Part shown: positions 29,438-41,400 of the stretch, piece after piece | Layout of the letters: every line of letters starts with the position of its first letter | Numbering within the stretch: the stretch's first letter is position 1 | NCBI GenBank assembly: GCA_035269015.1 | Contig: DATFJU010000027.1 | Span: forward strand, 1-62,000 | Origin: Patescibacteria group bacterium | Lineage (GTDB): Bacteria > Patescibacteriota > Patescibacteriia > Patescibacteriales > UBA12465 | DNA: 62,000 bases | Reading direction: 5' to 3' | The notes under the pieces: model-generated | Told to the model about the DNA's origin: nothing | Database searches by the model: none | What the model saw: only the letters and a program-made list of their open reading frames with translations | Program-made: the position numbers and the translations under genes

Positions 29438-30211
29438 ATGAAGATAATAGCTTGGAATATTAATGGTCTTAGAGCTATATTAAAAAAGAATTTTTTAGAG
29501 TTTTTGAACGAATATCAACCTGATATTTTAGGTTTACAAGAGATAAAGATATCTGAAGAAGCTAGAGTTAAAGAAAACCTAGAATTTCCTGGCTATAAAA
29601 TATATTTTAATAGTGCCAAAAGACCAGGTTATAGTGGCACTGCTATATTGGTTAAAGAGGAAATAGTTACTAAAATAGTATCTGAAATAAAAAATGGTTT
29701 CGGAGAGGAAGTCTTTGATAATGAAGGTAGAATTCAAATCTTAGAATTAGAAAAGTTTTATGTTCTTAATTGTTATTTCCCTAACTCTGCAACAGAGCTA
29801 AAGAGGTTAGATTATAAAAGAGACTTTAATGCTTATATATTAAAAAATATAAAAAAGCTAGAAAAGAAAAAACCTGTGCTTCTGATGGGAGATTTAAATG
29901 TAGCCCATAAAGAAATTGATTTAGCTAGGCCAAAAGATAATATAGGTAGCCCTGGTTTTACTTATGAAGAAAGAGAGGATATGGATACCTTTATTAATCA
30001 TGGACTAGTTGATACTTTTAGATATTTTCATCCTGAAAAAATACAATATTCTTGGTGGAGTTATAGAACTAGAGCCAGGCTTAGAAATATAGGTTGGCGC
30101 ATTGATTATTTGTGCGTTTCTGCTAAGTTATTAAGACAAGTACAGAACTCTTACATACTTGATGAAGTGGGAGGTTCTGATCATGCTCCAGTGGGACTGG
30201 AAACAAAATAA
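29438..30211 (+). CDS. xth: Exodeoxyribonuclease III (AP endonuclease)
   Basis: MKIIAWNINGLRA, LQEIK, GDLNVAH and GSDHAP motifs. Confidence 0.93.
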   Translation: MKIIAWNINGLRAILKKNFLEFLNEYQPDILGLQEIKISEEARVKENLEFPGYKIYFNSAKRPGYSGTAILVKEEIVTKIVSEIKNGFGEEVFDNEGRIQILELEKFYVLNCYFPNSATELKRLDYKRDFNAYILKNIKKLEKKKPVLLMGDLNVAHKEIDLARPKDNIGSPGFTYEEREDMDTFINHGLVDTFRYFHPEKIQYSWWSYRTRARLRNIGWRIDYLCVSAKLLRQVQNSYILDEVGGSDHAPVGLETK

Positions 30212-30233
30212 TATTTTAATATTGTGAGTTTAT

Positions 30234-32618
30234 ATGAGTAATTATAATCATCAACAAATAGAAAAGAAGTGGCAAAATTATTGGGAGGAAAATGATAGTT
30301 TTTTGGCTTCTGATTTTTCAGATAAAGAGAAAAAGTATATTTTGGTGGAGTTTCCTTATCCTTCAGGAGCAGGCTTGCATGTTGGTCATGTGCGCTCTTA
30401 TACCGCTTTAGATGTTTACGCTCGTTATCTTAGACTTCAAGGTTTTAACGTTTTGTATCCCATGGGTTATGATGCTTTTGGTTTGCCTACTGAAAATTAC
30501 GCTATTAAACACAAGATTCATCCTAGTCAGGCTACTAAAGAAAATATTAATACTTTTAGATCTCAGTTAAAGAAAATGGGTTTTTCTTTTGATTATTCTA
30601 GAGAAATTAATACTACTGACCCTAATTATTACAAATGGACTCAGTGGATATTTATACAGTTATATAAACATGGTTTAGCCTATAAACAAAAAATGGCCAT
30701 TAATTGGTGTCCCAGTTGTAAAACAGGTTTAGCTAATGAAGAGGTGGTAAATGGTAAATGTGAAAGATGTAAGACTGCTGTAGAAAAAAAAGAAAAAGAA
30801 CAATGGATGTTAAGAATAACTAAGTACGCTGATAGATTAATTGATGATTTAGATAAAGTAGATTATTTAGATAAAATTAAACAGCAACAAATTAATTGGA
30901 TAGGCAGAAGTGAAGGGGCCCAGATTGATTTTCAAATACAAGCTGATACAGTTTCAGTATTTACTACTAGACCAGATACAATTTTTGGAGTAAGTTATTT
31001 TGTTTTATCTCCTGAACATCCTTTAGTTAATAAAATTTGTACAAAAGGTAGAAAGGTAGATGTAGAAAATTATATTAAAGAGGCAAAAAATAAATCTGAT
31101 TTAGAACGCGTGGAACTACAAAAAGATAAGACAGGTGTTTTTACTGGTGCTTATGCTACTAATCCAATAACTAAAGAAGAAATCCCTATTTGGGTTGCTG
31201 ACTATGTGTTAATGTCATATGGCTCAGGAGCAATTATGGCTGTACCAGCTCATGATAGTAGAGATCTTGAGTTTGCTAAGAAATATGAGTTACCTATTAA
31301 AGAAGTAATTAATGAAGAAAAAGATGAGTTAGTTAATTCAGATTTTTTAAATGGTTTAAGTGTGAAAGAGGCTCAAGAAAAAATAATTAAAATTTTAGAA
31401 GATAAAAGTTTAGGCAAGAAAGCTATTAATTATAAATTGCGCGACTGGATATTTTCCAGGCAACATTATTGGGGAGAACCAATTCCTATTATTTATTGCG
31501 ATAAATGTGGCACCGTACCAGTGCCAGTAGAAGATTTACCTTTAGAGTTACCTAAAGTTGAAAAATATGAGCCCACTGATACCGGCGAATCACCACTGGC
31601 TGATATTTCTAGTTTTGTTAACACTACTTGTCCTAAGTGTGGCGCTAAAGCTAAAAGAGAAACTGATACTATGCCTAACTGGGCAGGTTCTAGTTGGTAT
31701 TGGCTTAGATATTTAGATCCTAATAATAATGATGTTCTAGCAGATAAAGAAAAGATGAAATACTGGTTACCAGTAGATTTATATAATGGAGGTATGGAAC
31801 ATACTACTTTGCATTTACTCTATTCTCGTTTTTGGAATAAGTTCCTTTATGATATTAAAGTAGTACCTACTTTAGAGCCATATCAAAAAAGAATTTCTCA
31901 TGGTATGATACTGGCAGAAGATGGCAGAAAAATGAGTAAGTCTTTTGGTAACACTATTAATCCTGATGATGTTATAGTTGAGTATGGTGCTGATACCTTA
32001 AGAATGTATGAAATGTTTATTGGTCCTTTTAGTGAAACTATACCTTGGAATACCAATGGATTAGTTGGGGTAAGGAAGTTTTTAGAAAAAGTCTTTGATT
32101 ATTTTGATGTTTACATTAAAGGAGGGAAGCAAGAAAATGAAATTAATAATCAAGCTAAAGTAGTTTTAAATAAAACCATAGCTAAGCTTACGCATGATAT
32201 TAAAGATTTCAAGTTTAACACTGCTGTTTCATCCTTAATGATACTTTTTAATGAGTTAAAAATAAAAGATAAGTATCATTTATTTGGATTTGCAGATATA
32301 AAGAAAATACTTATTATTCTTTTTCCTTTAGCTCCACATTTAAGTTCTGAGATGTGGGATAAAATAGAGGCAGAGGGAAAAATAGAAGAGCAGTCTTGGC
32401 CTGATTTTGATGAGAAATTATTAAAAGAACAAAAAGTTAAAATAGTAGTACAAGTTAATGGGAAGTTTAGAGCTAGCTTAGAGTTAGAGAGTGGACTCAC
32501 TAAGGATGAAGTGATTAACTTAGCTAAAGTCCATGATAATGTTAGTAAATGGTTAGAAGATAAAGAGCTAAAGAAAATTATTTATATACAAGATAAGTTA
32601 ATTAATTTTGTAATTTAA
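30234..32618 (+). CDS. leuS: Leucine--tRNA ligase
   Basis: HIGH-type HVGHVRSY, the CP1 editing domain, the KMSKS motif, and a zinc-finger CPSC...CERC. Confidence 0.96.
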   Translation: MSNYNHQQIEKKWQNYWEENDSFLASDFSDKEKKYILVEFPYPSGAGLHVGHVRSYTALDVYARYLRLQGFNVLYPMGYDAFGLPTENYAIKHKIHPSQATKENINTFRSQLKKMGFSFDYSREINTTDPNYYKWTQWIFIQLYKHGLAYKQKMAINWCPSCKTGLANEEVVNGKCERCKTAVEKKEKEQWMLRITKYADRLIDDLDKVDYLDKIKQQQINWIGRSEGAQIDFQIQADTVSVFTTRPDTIFGVSYFVLSPEHPLVNKICTKGRKVDVENYIKEAKNKSDLERVELQKDKTGVFTGAYATNPITKEEIPIWVADYVLMSYGSGAIMAVPAHDSRDLEFAKKYELPIKEVINEEKDELVNSDFLNGLSVKEAQEKIIKILEDKSLGKKAINYKLRDWIFSRQHYWGEPIPIIYCDKCGTVPVPVEDLPLELPKVEKYEPTDTGESPLADISSFVNTTCPKCGAKAKRETDTMPNWAGSSWYWLRYLDPNNNDVLADKEKMKYWLPVDLYNGGMEHTTLHLLYSRFWNKFLYDIKVVPTLEPYQKRISHGMILAEDGRKMSKSFGNTINPDDVIVEYGADTLRMYEMFIGPFSETIPWNTNGLVGVRKFLEKVFDYFDVYIKGGKQENEINNQAKVVLNKTIAKLTHDIKDFKFNTAVSSLMILFNELKIKDKYHLFGFADIKKILIILFPLAPHLSSEMWDKIEAEGKIEEQSWPDFDEKLLKEQKVKIVVQVNGKFRASLELESGLTKDEVINLAKVHDNVSKWLEDKELKKIIYIQDKLINFVI

Positions 32619-32644
32619 CTTATTCTCTTAACATAATAATATCT

Positions 32645-33892
32645 ATGAAAAAGATGAAGTATTTTTCTGATAAATTATCAGCTGGTTTTATTGCAATTTA
32701 TTCAGGGCGCATGACCTTAACAGTAGCAACTCAGCTCTTGGGGCTTTTCATGCCTATTTTTTTGTATCAAGTATTTGGTTTTAACATTGTTTGGGTTTTA
32801 GCTTACTATATTTTACGAGATTTTCTATATTTAATTTCACTACCCCTTGGTCCTAAAATATTTATGAATAGAGTTGGTCTTAAAAATTCTATTAGATTAG
32901 GGGTTATTTTTGGTTCTTTGTTTTATGCAGGTTTTTTTATTTTAGAAAAGTATACTAGTAGTATGGAGGTTATATCAGGAGAGTTTGTACCAGAAGCCTG
33001 GCTAGTTACTATTATATTAACTGTAGCCGTAATCTTTACTCTCCATCGCTTAACCTATTGGGTGCCACTTCATACTGATATAACTGAATTTACCAGTAAA
33101 AAAGATAGAGGGAAGCAAGTTAGTCTAATGGCGGTCACACAAGTAGTTCTAGGAGCCTTAATGCCTCTAGCTGCTGGTTGGTTACTGATGGAATTTAGCT
33201 ACTCCTTTTTATTTGTGATAGCAATACTAATTTATTTTGTCGCTTTAATTCCTTTCTCAGCTTTACCTAAGGTAAATGAAAAGTTTTCTTGGACTTATAA
33301 AAAAACTTGGAAAGAATTTACCTCTAAAGCCAGAAGAAAATTAATGATTGCCTATAGTGCGGATGGAGCTGAATCAGGAGTAAGACTTATTATTTGGCCT
33401 ATATTTATTTGGGAGCTTTTAAATGGTAATTATTTAAAAGTGGGTATTATTTCATCACTTGTAGTAGTGGTTACAGTTGTTGCTCAACTTATTGTCGGTA
33501 AATATACTGATAAAGTGAGCAGAAAGAAAATGTTAAAATATGGCACTATTTTATACTCTATTGGTTGGCTTGTTAAAATATTCATTGCTTCTGCTTTTCA
33601 AATATTTGTGATTTCTGCCTATCATAACATAGCTAATATTTTTTCTCGTACTTCTTTTGATGCTATTAATTATGAAAATGCAGCTGATCAAGGGCATTAT
33701 GTTGATGAATATACAGTGCTTAGAGAAATGGCAATTCAGGTGGGTAGAATAACTATGTCTGTTGCTATTATTCTCATAGTTCCATATTTATCAATTGAGT
33801 TAACCTTTATTTTTGCAGCCCTAGCGGTACTCGCTATGAATTTTATTACTGATTCTCAAGAAATAGAAAGAGCTAAGTTAATGAGAATTTAA
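32645..33892 (+). CDS. Polytopic membrane protein, MFS-transporter-like
   Basis: About 10-12 hydrophobic helices in two halves with a basic central loop. Family assignment is tentative. Confidence 0.5.
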   Translation: MKKMKYFSDKLSAGFIAIYSGRMTLTVATQLLGLFMPIFLYQVFGFNIVWVLAYYILRDFLYLISLPLGPKIFMNRVGLKNSIRLGVIFGSLFYAGFFILEKYTSSMEVISGEFVPEAWLVTIILTVAVIFTLHRLTYWVPLHTDITEFTSKKDRGKQVSLMAVTQVVLGALMPLAAGWLLMEFSYSFLFVIAILIYFVALIPFSALPKVNEKFSWTYKKTWKEFTSKARRKLMIAYSADGAESGVRLIIWPIFIWELLNGNYLKVGIISSLVVVVTVVAQLIVGKYTDKVSRKKMLKYGTILYSIGWLVKIFIASAFQIFVISAYHNIANIFSRTSFDAINYENAADQGHYVDEYTVLREMAIQVGRITMSVAIILIVPYLSIELTFIFAALAVLAMNFITDSQEIERAKLMRI

Positions 33893-33929
33893 ATATTTAT
33901 ATTAATCTTTTTATACACTTGTTTTATAT

Positions 33930-34775
33930 ATGAATGATTTACTTAAAAAGACTCAAGAGCTTTGTCGTATCTATGACATTAAACCTCAAAGTAGTATGGG
34001 GCAAAACTTTTTAGTGTCTTTAGAGGTATATAAAAAGATTGTTGCTAGCGCTAATATTAAAAAAGATGAAGTAGTACTTGAGGTTGGCCCAGGACTTGGC
34101 TTTCTTAGTGCTGAACTTTTAAAAAGTGCTAGGAAGGTTATAGCTGTGGAGCTAGATGACAAGCTAGCTAAAGTTTTAGAATTAGCTCTCAGTGCTCACA
34201 GTGTAGATAATTTAGAAATTATAAATGAAAATATTTTAGATTTTGATCCTAGTATTTTAGAAGCTGACTATAAGATAGTAGCTAACTTACCATATAACAT
34301 TAGTTCAGTATTTTTAAGAAAGTTTTTAACAACTAAAAATAAACCTAAGTCCTTAACTTTAATGCTACAAAAAGAAGTAGTGGAAAGGATTGTAGCAGAA
34401 CCGGGTAAGCACAGCTTATTATCCCTTTCAGTTCAATATTATAGTCAAGCCAAATATATAGATACTATTAAAAAGGAAAACTTTTGGCCTCAACCTAAAG
34501 TTGATAGCGCTATATTACATTTAGAAACAAAAGAAGATAAAGAGATTAGTTTATCTAAAGAGGAACAAAAAACCTTTTTTAGACTACTTAAATTTGGTTT
34601 TAGCGCTAAGAGAAAAAAGCTAGTAAATAACCTAGCGGGAGCCTTACAGGTAGATAATGAAGTTATAGAAACTAAAATGCAGGCTGTAGACATTGATATA
34701 AGTATCCGAGCTCAAGGTTTAAGTTTAAATGATTGGCAAAAATTGTTTGCTCAGTTAAGGTTATTTATGGTATAA
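33930..34775 (+). CDS. rsmA: 16S rRNA (adenine1518/1519-N6)-dimethyltransferase
   Basis: GQNFL, SAM-binding VLEVGPGLG and NLPYNISS motifs. Confidence 0.92.
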   Translation: MNDLLKKTQELCRIYDIKPQSSMGQNFLVSLEVYKKIVASANIKKDEVVLEVGPGLGFLSAELLKSARKVIAVELDDKLAKVLELALSAHSVDNLEIINENILDFDPSILEADYKIVANLPYNISSVFLRKFLTTKNKPKSLTLMLQKEVVERIVAEPGKHSLLSLSVQYYSQAKYIDTIKKENFWPQPKVDSAILHLETKEDKEISLSKEEQKTFFRLLKFGFSAKRKKLVNNLAGALQVDNEVIETKMQAVDIDISIRAQGLSLNDWQKLFAQLRLFMV

Positions 34776-34804
34776 TAAAAAAGAATTTAGATTAGTTAAA
34801 ATAA

Positions 34805-35467
34805 ATGAAAGTTAACAGAAATTTTGATAATTCAGATAAGAATAAGCCAAAAACCAAATTAATAATTTTTGGCATTTTTTCTATAGCTATTCTTGTTTTT
34901 TGGGTAATGCAAATGCAAGCTAATATTAAAGGACCTTTTCAACTAGGAGATGAATACAGTACTTTAAGTAAGGATAGCTCTAATAATATAGGAACTTGCA
35001 CAGGTTCTGATTGTTTAAGTGACACAGAGCTTAGAGATAAAGACACTGATGGAGATGGCTTAAGTGATTGGGAGGAGATAAATATATATGGCACTTCTGC
35101 TTATTTAGCTGATAGTGATAGTGATGGTATTTCTGATTATAATGAAATTCAACAAGGAACTGATCCTAATTGTGCTGAAGGTAGTGACTGTAGTTATAAT
35201 GATTTTAATAATAATGGTTTAGAAGGTGATTTAGGTTCTACCGGTGATGGGAATCTAGATTTTTCAGGTGATAATATTTCTGTTCCAGAAGATGAAGAAA
35301 AATTAAAAGAAGCTTTATCTGGATCTATTAATCTTGAGGATTTAAAAACTTTACTTTTAGAAAGTGGAGTAGATGAAAAAACAGTTAATTCATTTTCTGA
35401 CGAAGAGTTAAATAAAATCTATAAAGATACTCTATCAGGCATGTCACAGGATTTTAATAATAATTAA
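34805..35467 (+). CDS. TM-anchored acidic protein with thrombospondin-type-3-like Ca-binding repeats
   Basis: N-terminal anchor LIIFGIFSIAILVFWVM. Repeats DKDTDGDGLSDWEE and DSDSDGISDYNE (DxDxDG). Ends 11 nt before the giant ORF. Confidence 0.7.
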   Translation: MKVNRNFDNSDKNKPKTKLIIFGIFSIAILVFWVMQMQANIKGPFQLGDEYSTLSKDSSNNIGTCTGSDCLSDTELRDKDTDGDGLSDWEEINIYGTSAYLADSDSDGISDYNEIQQGTDPNCAEGSDCSYNDFNNNGLEGDLGSTGDGNLDFSGDNISVPEDEEKLKEALSGSINLEDLKTLLLESGVDEKTVNSFSDEELNKIYKDTLSGMSQDFNNN

Positions 35468-35478
35468 TAAAATATAAT

Positions 35479-38400
35479 ATGTTTAAGCACAAAAAAAAGA
35501 CTAAAAAACTTATAATTTTATTTTTTGTGCTATTTTTTGTGTTATCAGGGGTTTTAAATTTTCAGACTGAAACTAAAGCACAGGTTGTTGTTGTGGAGTC
35601 AGTACCTGAAAAAACAACTAACATATTAGACAAAATTAAATCTATATTAAAGAAATTATGGGATAACGCTGGGCAGGAGCTGTTTAATACTGTTGCAACC
35701 AATACTTTAAATAGGTTAGCTTATGACGCCGCTGATGTTATTCTTAGTGGAGATAGCGGGCAAAAACCAATGTTTATTGACAAGAATATGGGTGAATATT
35801 TTGTAGATATTGGTGATGCTGCTGCTGGTGATTTTCTAGATGGCTTGAATGATTTAGGTGACATGAATTTATGTGAACCTAATTTAGCTATTAAAGCTAG
35901 CATAGGTTTAGGTTTAGTAGATACAAAAAGACCAGCAGAGCCAAGTTGTAAGGCCAGTGATATGGTTAAATCTTGGGAGGATGAGTTTCAAAAGTTTAAA
36001 GATATGAGTGAGATGAGCAATAAAGAACTTTTAGGGAAAGTGGTAGGCTCATTTAATCCTACCTCTAGTGATTTAAGTGTTACAGCTTCTTTATTCCAAG
36101 GCATGGAGGAGAAAGAGGCATCTGAAATTAAAAAAGCAGAACAGGAACAAGATGCTACAGATGGTAAATTTATAGATTCTACAAGTCCAGGAGGTCAAAT
36201 AACAAAAGTTCCTGGTACAGATCAAAGAAGTTTTGAAAATGCTCAAAAGAAAATGACTGATAATGTTGATGCTTGTGATGGTGATAATCTTTTTGCTTGT
36301 GCAGGTAATGTCTTTATTAATCACTTAGCTTTAAATGCCTTTAATAGAGCTTTAGATTATTCTTTTTCTCCTGATGAACAAGATCCTTTAGCTGATTCTG
36401 ATCCTTATGATTTATCTGATCCTGACAGTGATCCATCGGTTGTTTATCAAAAAGATCAGCCAACCTTAAGACGAATTCTAGAACCTAATTTTAATGAACG
36501 TGTAGATTATAATATTTTATCTAAATTAAGTGTTTGCCCTCAAGCTAATATTGGTGGACAAGATTTTGTACCTGCGCCAAATAATTGTGTAATTGATGAT
36601 CAGTTTAGTTTAGCTATTACAGAGCAAAAAACAGTTGGTGAGGCCTTAAACGAAGGTTATTTGCATAAAGATTGGCGCTTTAAAGGTCTAAATGAAAACG
36701 TTGCTTATAATGAAGCTTATTCTTATCGTTCAATTTTAATATTAAAAAAATATCGTATAGTACCAGCTGGTTGGGAGGAAGCTATTTATAGGGTTAGTGA
36801 TAGTAAAAATCAGTCAGCTACTTTACAAGATTTAGTATCTTGTTTTAGTCCTGATGATGAGTACAATACTTTTAGTCAAGGTTTTAAACCTAAGGGATGG
36901 TGTAGAGGCTTAATTGATCCTAAGTGGGTATTAAAACTACCTTCACATTATTGTGCTAAAGAGGGTTATGGTCATATAATTCAGAAAGAAGTAACATATG
37001 GTCAAGGTGTAGAGGATAAAGACGACTATATTGCTAGTGATATTTTTGTAACAAGAAGTGATGAATATTGTGCTGATGAGCAAAGTTGTATTAAAGAAAA
37101 TAGTAATGGTACTTGTGAGGTTTATGGTTATTGTAATGAAGAAAAAAGAACTTGGAATTTTAACCAAGATTCTTGTGATCCGGTATTTAATACTTGTGAA
37201 ACTTTTAAAAATGTAGATAACGGGAAATCAATTTCATATTTAAAAAACACTTTAGATTATAGTGGCTGTACTTCTGATAGTGCTGGTTGTAGTTTTTATT
37301 CATATAATGGTCCTTATAATGTTGATAATGATAAAGTTACTTGGAAATCATATAATGATATTTATTTAAATAATAATGCAGAATCTTGTGCTGAGTCAGA
37401 TGAGGGTTGTAGTCAAATGATAAGAGTTCAGGCAGCTTATGGTCATAATTTTATTAAAAATGGTGGTTTTGAAGAAATAGATTTTGATTTTAATTCTTGG
37501 ACTAGTTGTTCAAGTCCTGCTTGTTTAGTAGATGATTCATATAGCGGTGATCAAGCTTTAGAGGTTAATAATGAAAGTTTATCTGTAGAAGTGGGACCAC
37601 AAACATATAATATTTCTGGTAAAACATATACTTTTTCATTTTACGCTAAAGATTGTACATCAGGAGATGATTTTGGTTTCGTTGGTGGTAAGTATAATGT
37701 TTTAGATGATAGTGAGGAATGGCAATATTATAGATTGTCTAATACATATTTCGCCAATCAAACTTTAGGTAATACAGTTGGTTTAGAAATTAATAGCAAC
37801 ACTTGTTTAATTGATGATGTAAAATTAGAACTTGGTAATATAGGTACAAAATATAGTGATTATGGTGATAACAATGTTATTTATCAAAAAATGCTTCCAG
37901 AGTATTTATGGAGTGATTGTTATGAAAATCCAGATTCGGGAAACCTAGACTTTAGCTTGAAAGAAGATGCTCCTGATGTTTGTAGTGATAGTTTTAGCCG
38001 TCTTTGCAATGCTGATGAAGCTGGATGTAATATTTATACTAATGTAAAAGATAGAGAAGATCAGGTGGTAGCTCAAGTGTCTACTCAAGATTATTGTCCT
38101 GGAGAATGTAATAACTATGACTTATATATTGGTGCAAAAGATTATTTTAACTCTACTCAAGGAGCTAAGTTTATCCCGGAAACAGCCAATACTTGTTCAG
38201 CAGCGGATATAGGTTGTATAGAATTTACTAACCTTGATGTTTTAAATTCAGGAGGAGAAGCAAAAGAATATTATACTTCTTTAAAACAATGTATTAAACC
38301 TAGTGAAAATGATTGTACTGCTTTCTATGTCTGGCAAGGATCTAATGATGGGTCTTATCAATTAGAATCATATACTTTAGAGAAAGCTGAATATACTAAT

Positions 38401-41400
38401 GAGCCAGCGGTAGTGGAAAACGATACAAGTCTTTGTAATGAAGATATATATAATTTACCTATTACTGATCCTAATTATAATTCTGACTGTTATCAATTTT
38501 ATAATACTGAAGGTGAAGTTTCATATCATTTATATTCAAAAACAATAACTTGTTCTGAAGATTGTCACCCTTATAGAATGTCCAAGAGAAACATAGATAG
38601 TAATATTAACACTGCTAGTGTCTGTAATAGTTTAGGGGATTCAAGTTATTGGGAAAACAACACCAATAGTTGTTATTACTGTGAAAATGGTGGTACCTGG
38701 TCTCAGGAGTATGATTCTTGTGTTTATCAGGCTATTCCTGGGCAAGGTGAGTCTTGTTCTCAGGAAGCTAATGGATGTAGAGAGTATAATGGTAATTCAG
38801 GTAATAATATTAGAATTGTTAAAACTTTTGATTTTGCTAATTCACTCCAAGGCTGGGAAGGAAGATGTGGCGATGCTGCTGAGCTTAGTACAGTTGCTTT
38901 AGGTAGAAATGACCAATCTTTATGGTATAAGCAAGGAGGAGGTAGTGAATCTTGTTCTCAGGAAGATAATAATGAGCCTAGGGCAGAAGTTGTGTTAGGA
39001 TCATATAATTTAAATAGTGGTAGCGCCTATAGTTTAAAGTTTATGGCTAAAGTAGATACTGCTACAGATCTTAATATATATTTTGAAAATGATAATAGTC
39101 AAAAATCTTATTTTGAAATCACAGGTGCAGAGGATAGTAGCTCTGTTACTTTGCAAGGTGATAGTGCGTGGCATCAATATGAATTAAGTTTAAGTTCTCT
39201 TGATCATATATTAAGCGGGAATGAGGCTTTAGTGGTAGAATCTGATACTTCATTTTATTTAGACAATATAATACTTAGAGAAATTGTTGATAAGTATTAT
39301 CTTATAGAAGATTCTTGGGAAACACCGAATTCTTGTTATTATGATACCTTAAATGAGTATAAAGGTGTTGATTATAATCTTGGCTGTAGTGAGTATAGTA
39401 ATAATTTAGATCAATTTGTATTCTTGCGTTCCTTTAGTAGTTTATGTCAAGAAAGTGCTATTGGTTGTCAGTTAATGGTTGATACGTATGACACTAAAGA
39501 TTATAAGAAGAGTGTATACAATGATGATAATGATAATGGTGCTTGTGATGAAAATGAAAATGATTGTGTAAGCATCAATGCTGATGAATATGTATTTGCT
39601 GTATATAACGCAAATAATACTTGTTCATCTGATTTCAAATCTTGTCAGCGTTTGGGTAAGTCTGTTAATTATGGTGATCAAGTTTTATTTAGTGATGTTT
39701 ATTTAAAGAATGATCCTGATAAATACAGTACTATTTTATGTTCAGAAGACACAGCAAATTGTGAGGCCTGGGTTTCTGGCGCCGGAGAGAGGTTTTATTT
39801 TAAAAATCCTAGTGATAAGATATGTGAATGGAAAGAAGGTGATGAGGGTGAGTGGAATTGGTACAAAAAAAGTATAAATAAGTGTGATGAAAATAGTAAC
39901 GGAATAGCAGAAGAATATGAAAATGTTTGTGTAAGCTCCGATGATTGTCTTATCCCAAGCCAACTAATGGATGGTGAAAATAGTTGTTTATCAGATGATG
40001 ATTGTCCTGATAGTAATTCTTGTAATGATGGTTATTGCGTGTATGAATGTGTAGAACAAGAAGAAAATTTCCCTTGTCCTGTTGATAGTAATAAAACTAT
40101 TGGTTTTGGTGGCGGTGGTAATCAGGTTAATCAACCTACAGATGATTGGGTAGGTATTTGTGAAAAAAATGCCTCTACTTGTAGTGAATATATTGATCCA
40201 GTTAGTGATTATGCCATAAATAGCTTATCTAATCCTAGATTTTTAGATTTAAATGAGGATGGATCTTATGGAGATGAATGGAATATTGAAAATAACAATG
40301 CTTATCAATCCGTTTATTTAGTAGCTAATAGAGCCTATGTCTTTGCAGTAAATAATTTAAATGTTGATTCTGTTGAGCCTTATATAGAATGTGATTCTAA
40401 AATTAATGTATTAGATAGTGATAATGAATTTTTTGAAGCTAATGAAAATAGAATTAATCTAGATTCAAGTATAGATAATCGTTATAGAATTATAGTTAGC
40501 TCTACAGATCAATTCTGTAGGTTACATAGAGACACTGATGAATACTTAGAGAATGAACCTGAATTGATATTTAAAGAAGCTATTATTGATTATCAATTAT
40601 CTAAGAATTTAGATACAGATTCTTGTAATGGCAAGGTTGATATTGAAAAAGGTTGTGTATTGTTTAATGAAAGAAGTCAAAATACATCTGCGGGGTTAAG
40701 CTCATTAATTTATAATGCTTATGATAGCTACATTAGTGACAGCAAATCTCCTCAAAGTGTAAACAATGGAGAGAACTCTTTAAATGCTAACACTTTAATT
40801 AAAGTAGATCCTAATAGAGTTTGTAATACTTGGTTAGCTTGTAGGACAAAGGTGGTTGATGAAAATGGTGACATCACTTGTTATGATGTTGGTGATTGTG
40901 ATGCTTTAGATAAAGATGGTGAGTGTGCTAATTTTTTACCAAACTCTAATGCAATAAATACTTTTGATACAGTTAGAGATAAAAATTCCAGTGGTTATAG
41001 TGTTTTAAATAAATACAATGTTAGTAATATGAGTGAAAGTGGTTCTACTCCTCAATCTAGCTCCTTTGATTTTGAGGGAGGGGACGCGTCTAATGTTTGG
41101 TCTGATGATGCTGGCGATGGAAATATTGCTATTATTGTTGATGAACCTGCACCTTCAGATTCAGACAAGCAATTTAATGCCTCCTATCCTGCAGAGGGTA
41201 AAGCATTTTTAAAGAGTAAAGCCGATCGTGAGGTAAAATCACCTATAATAGATATTCAAAGAAATCAACAATATTATATAAATTATTTATTAAATACTAA
41301 TAATTTAACTTTTGGCACAGAAGCTGAAGTAAGTATAATAGGAGTTATTAGTGAAAATGAAGATGGAGTAGGGGAAGAGGGAGATGTAATTGTTTCATGG

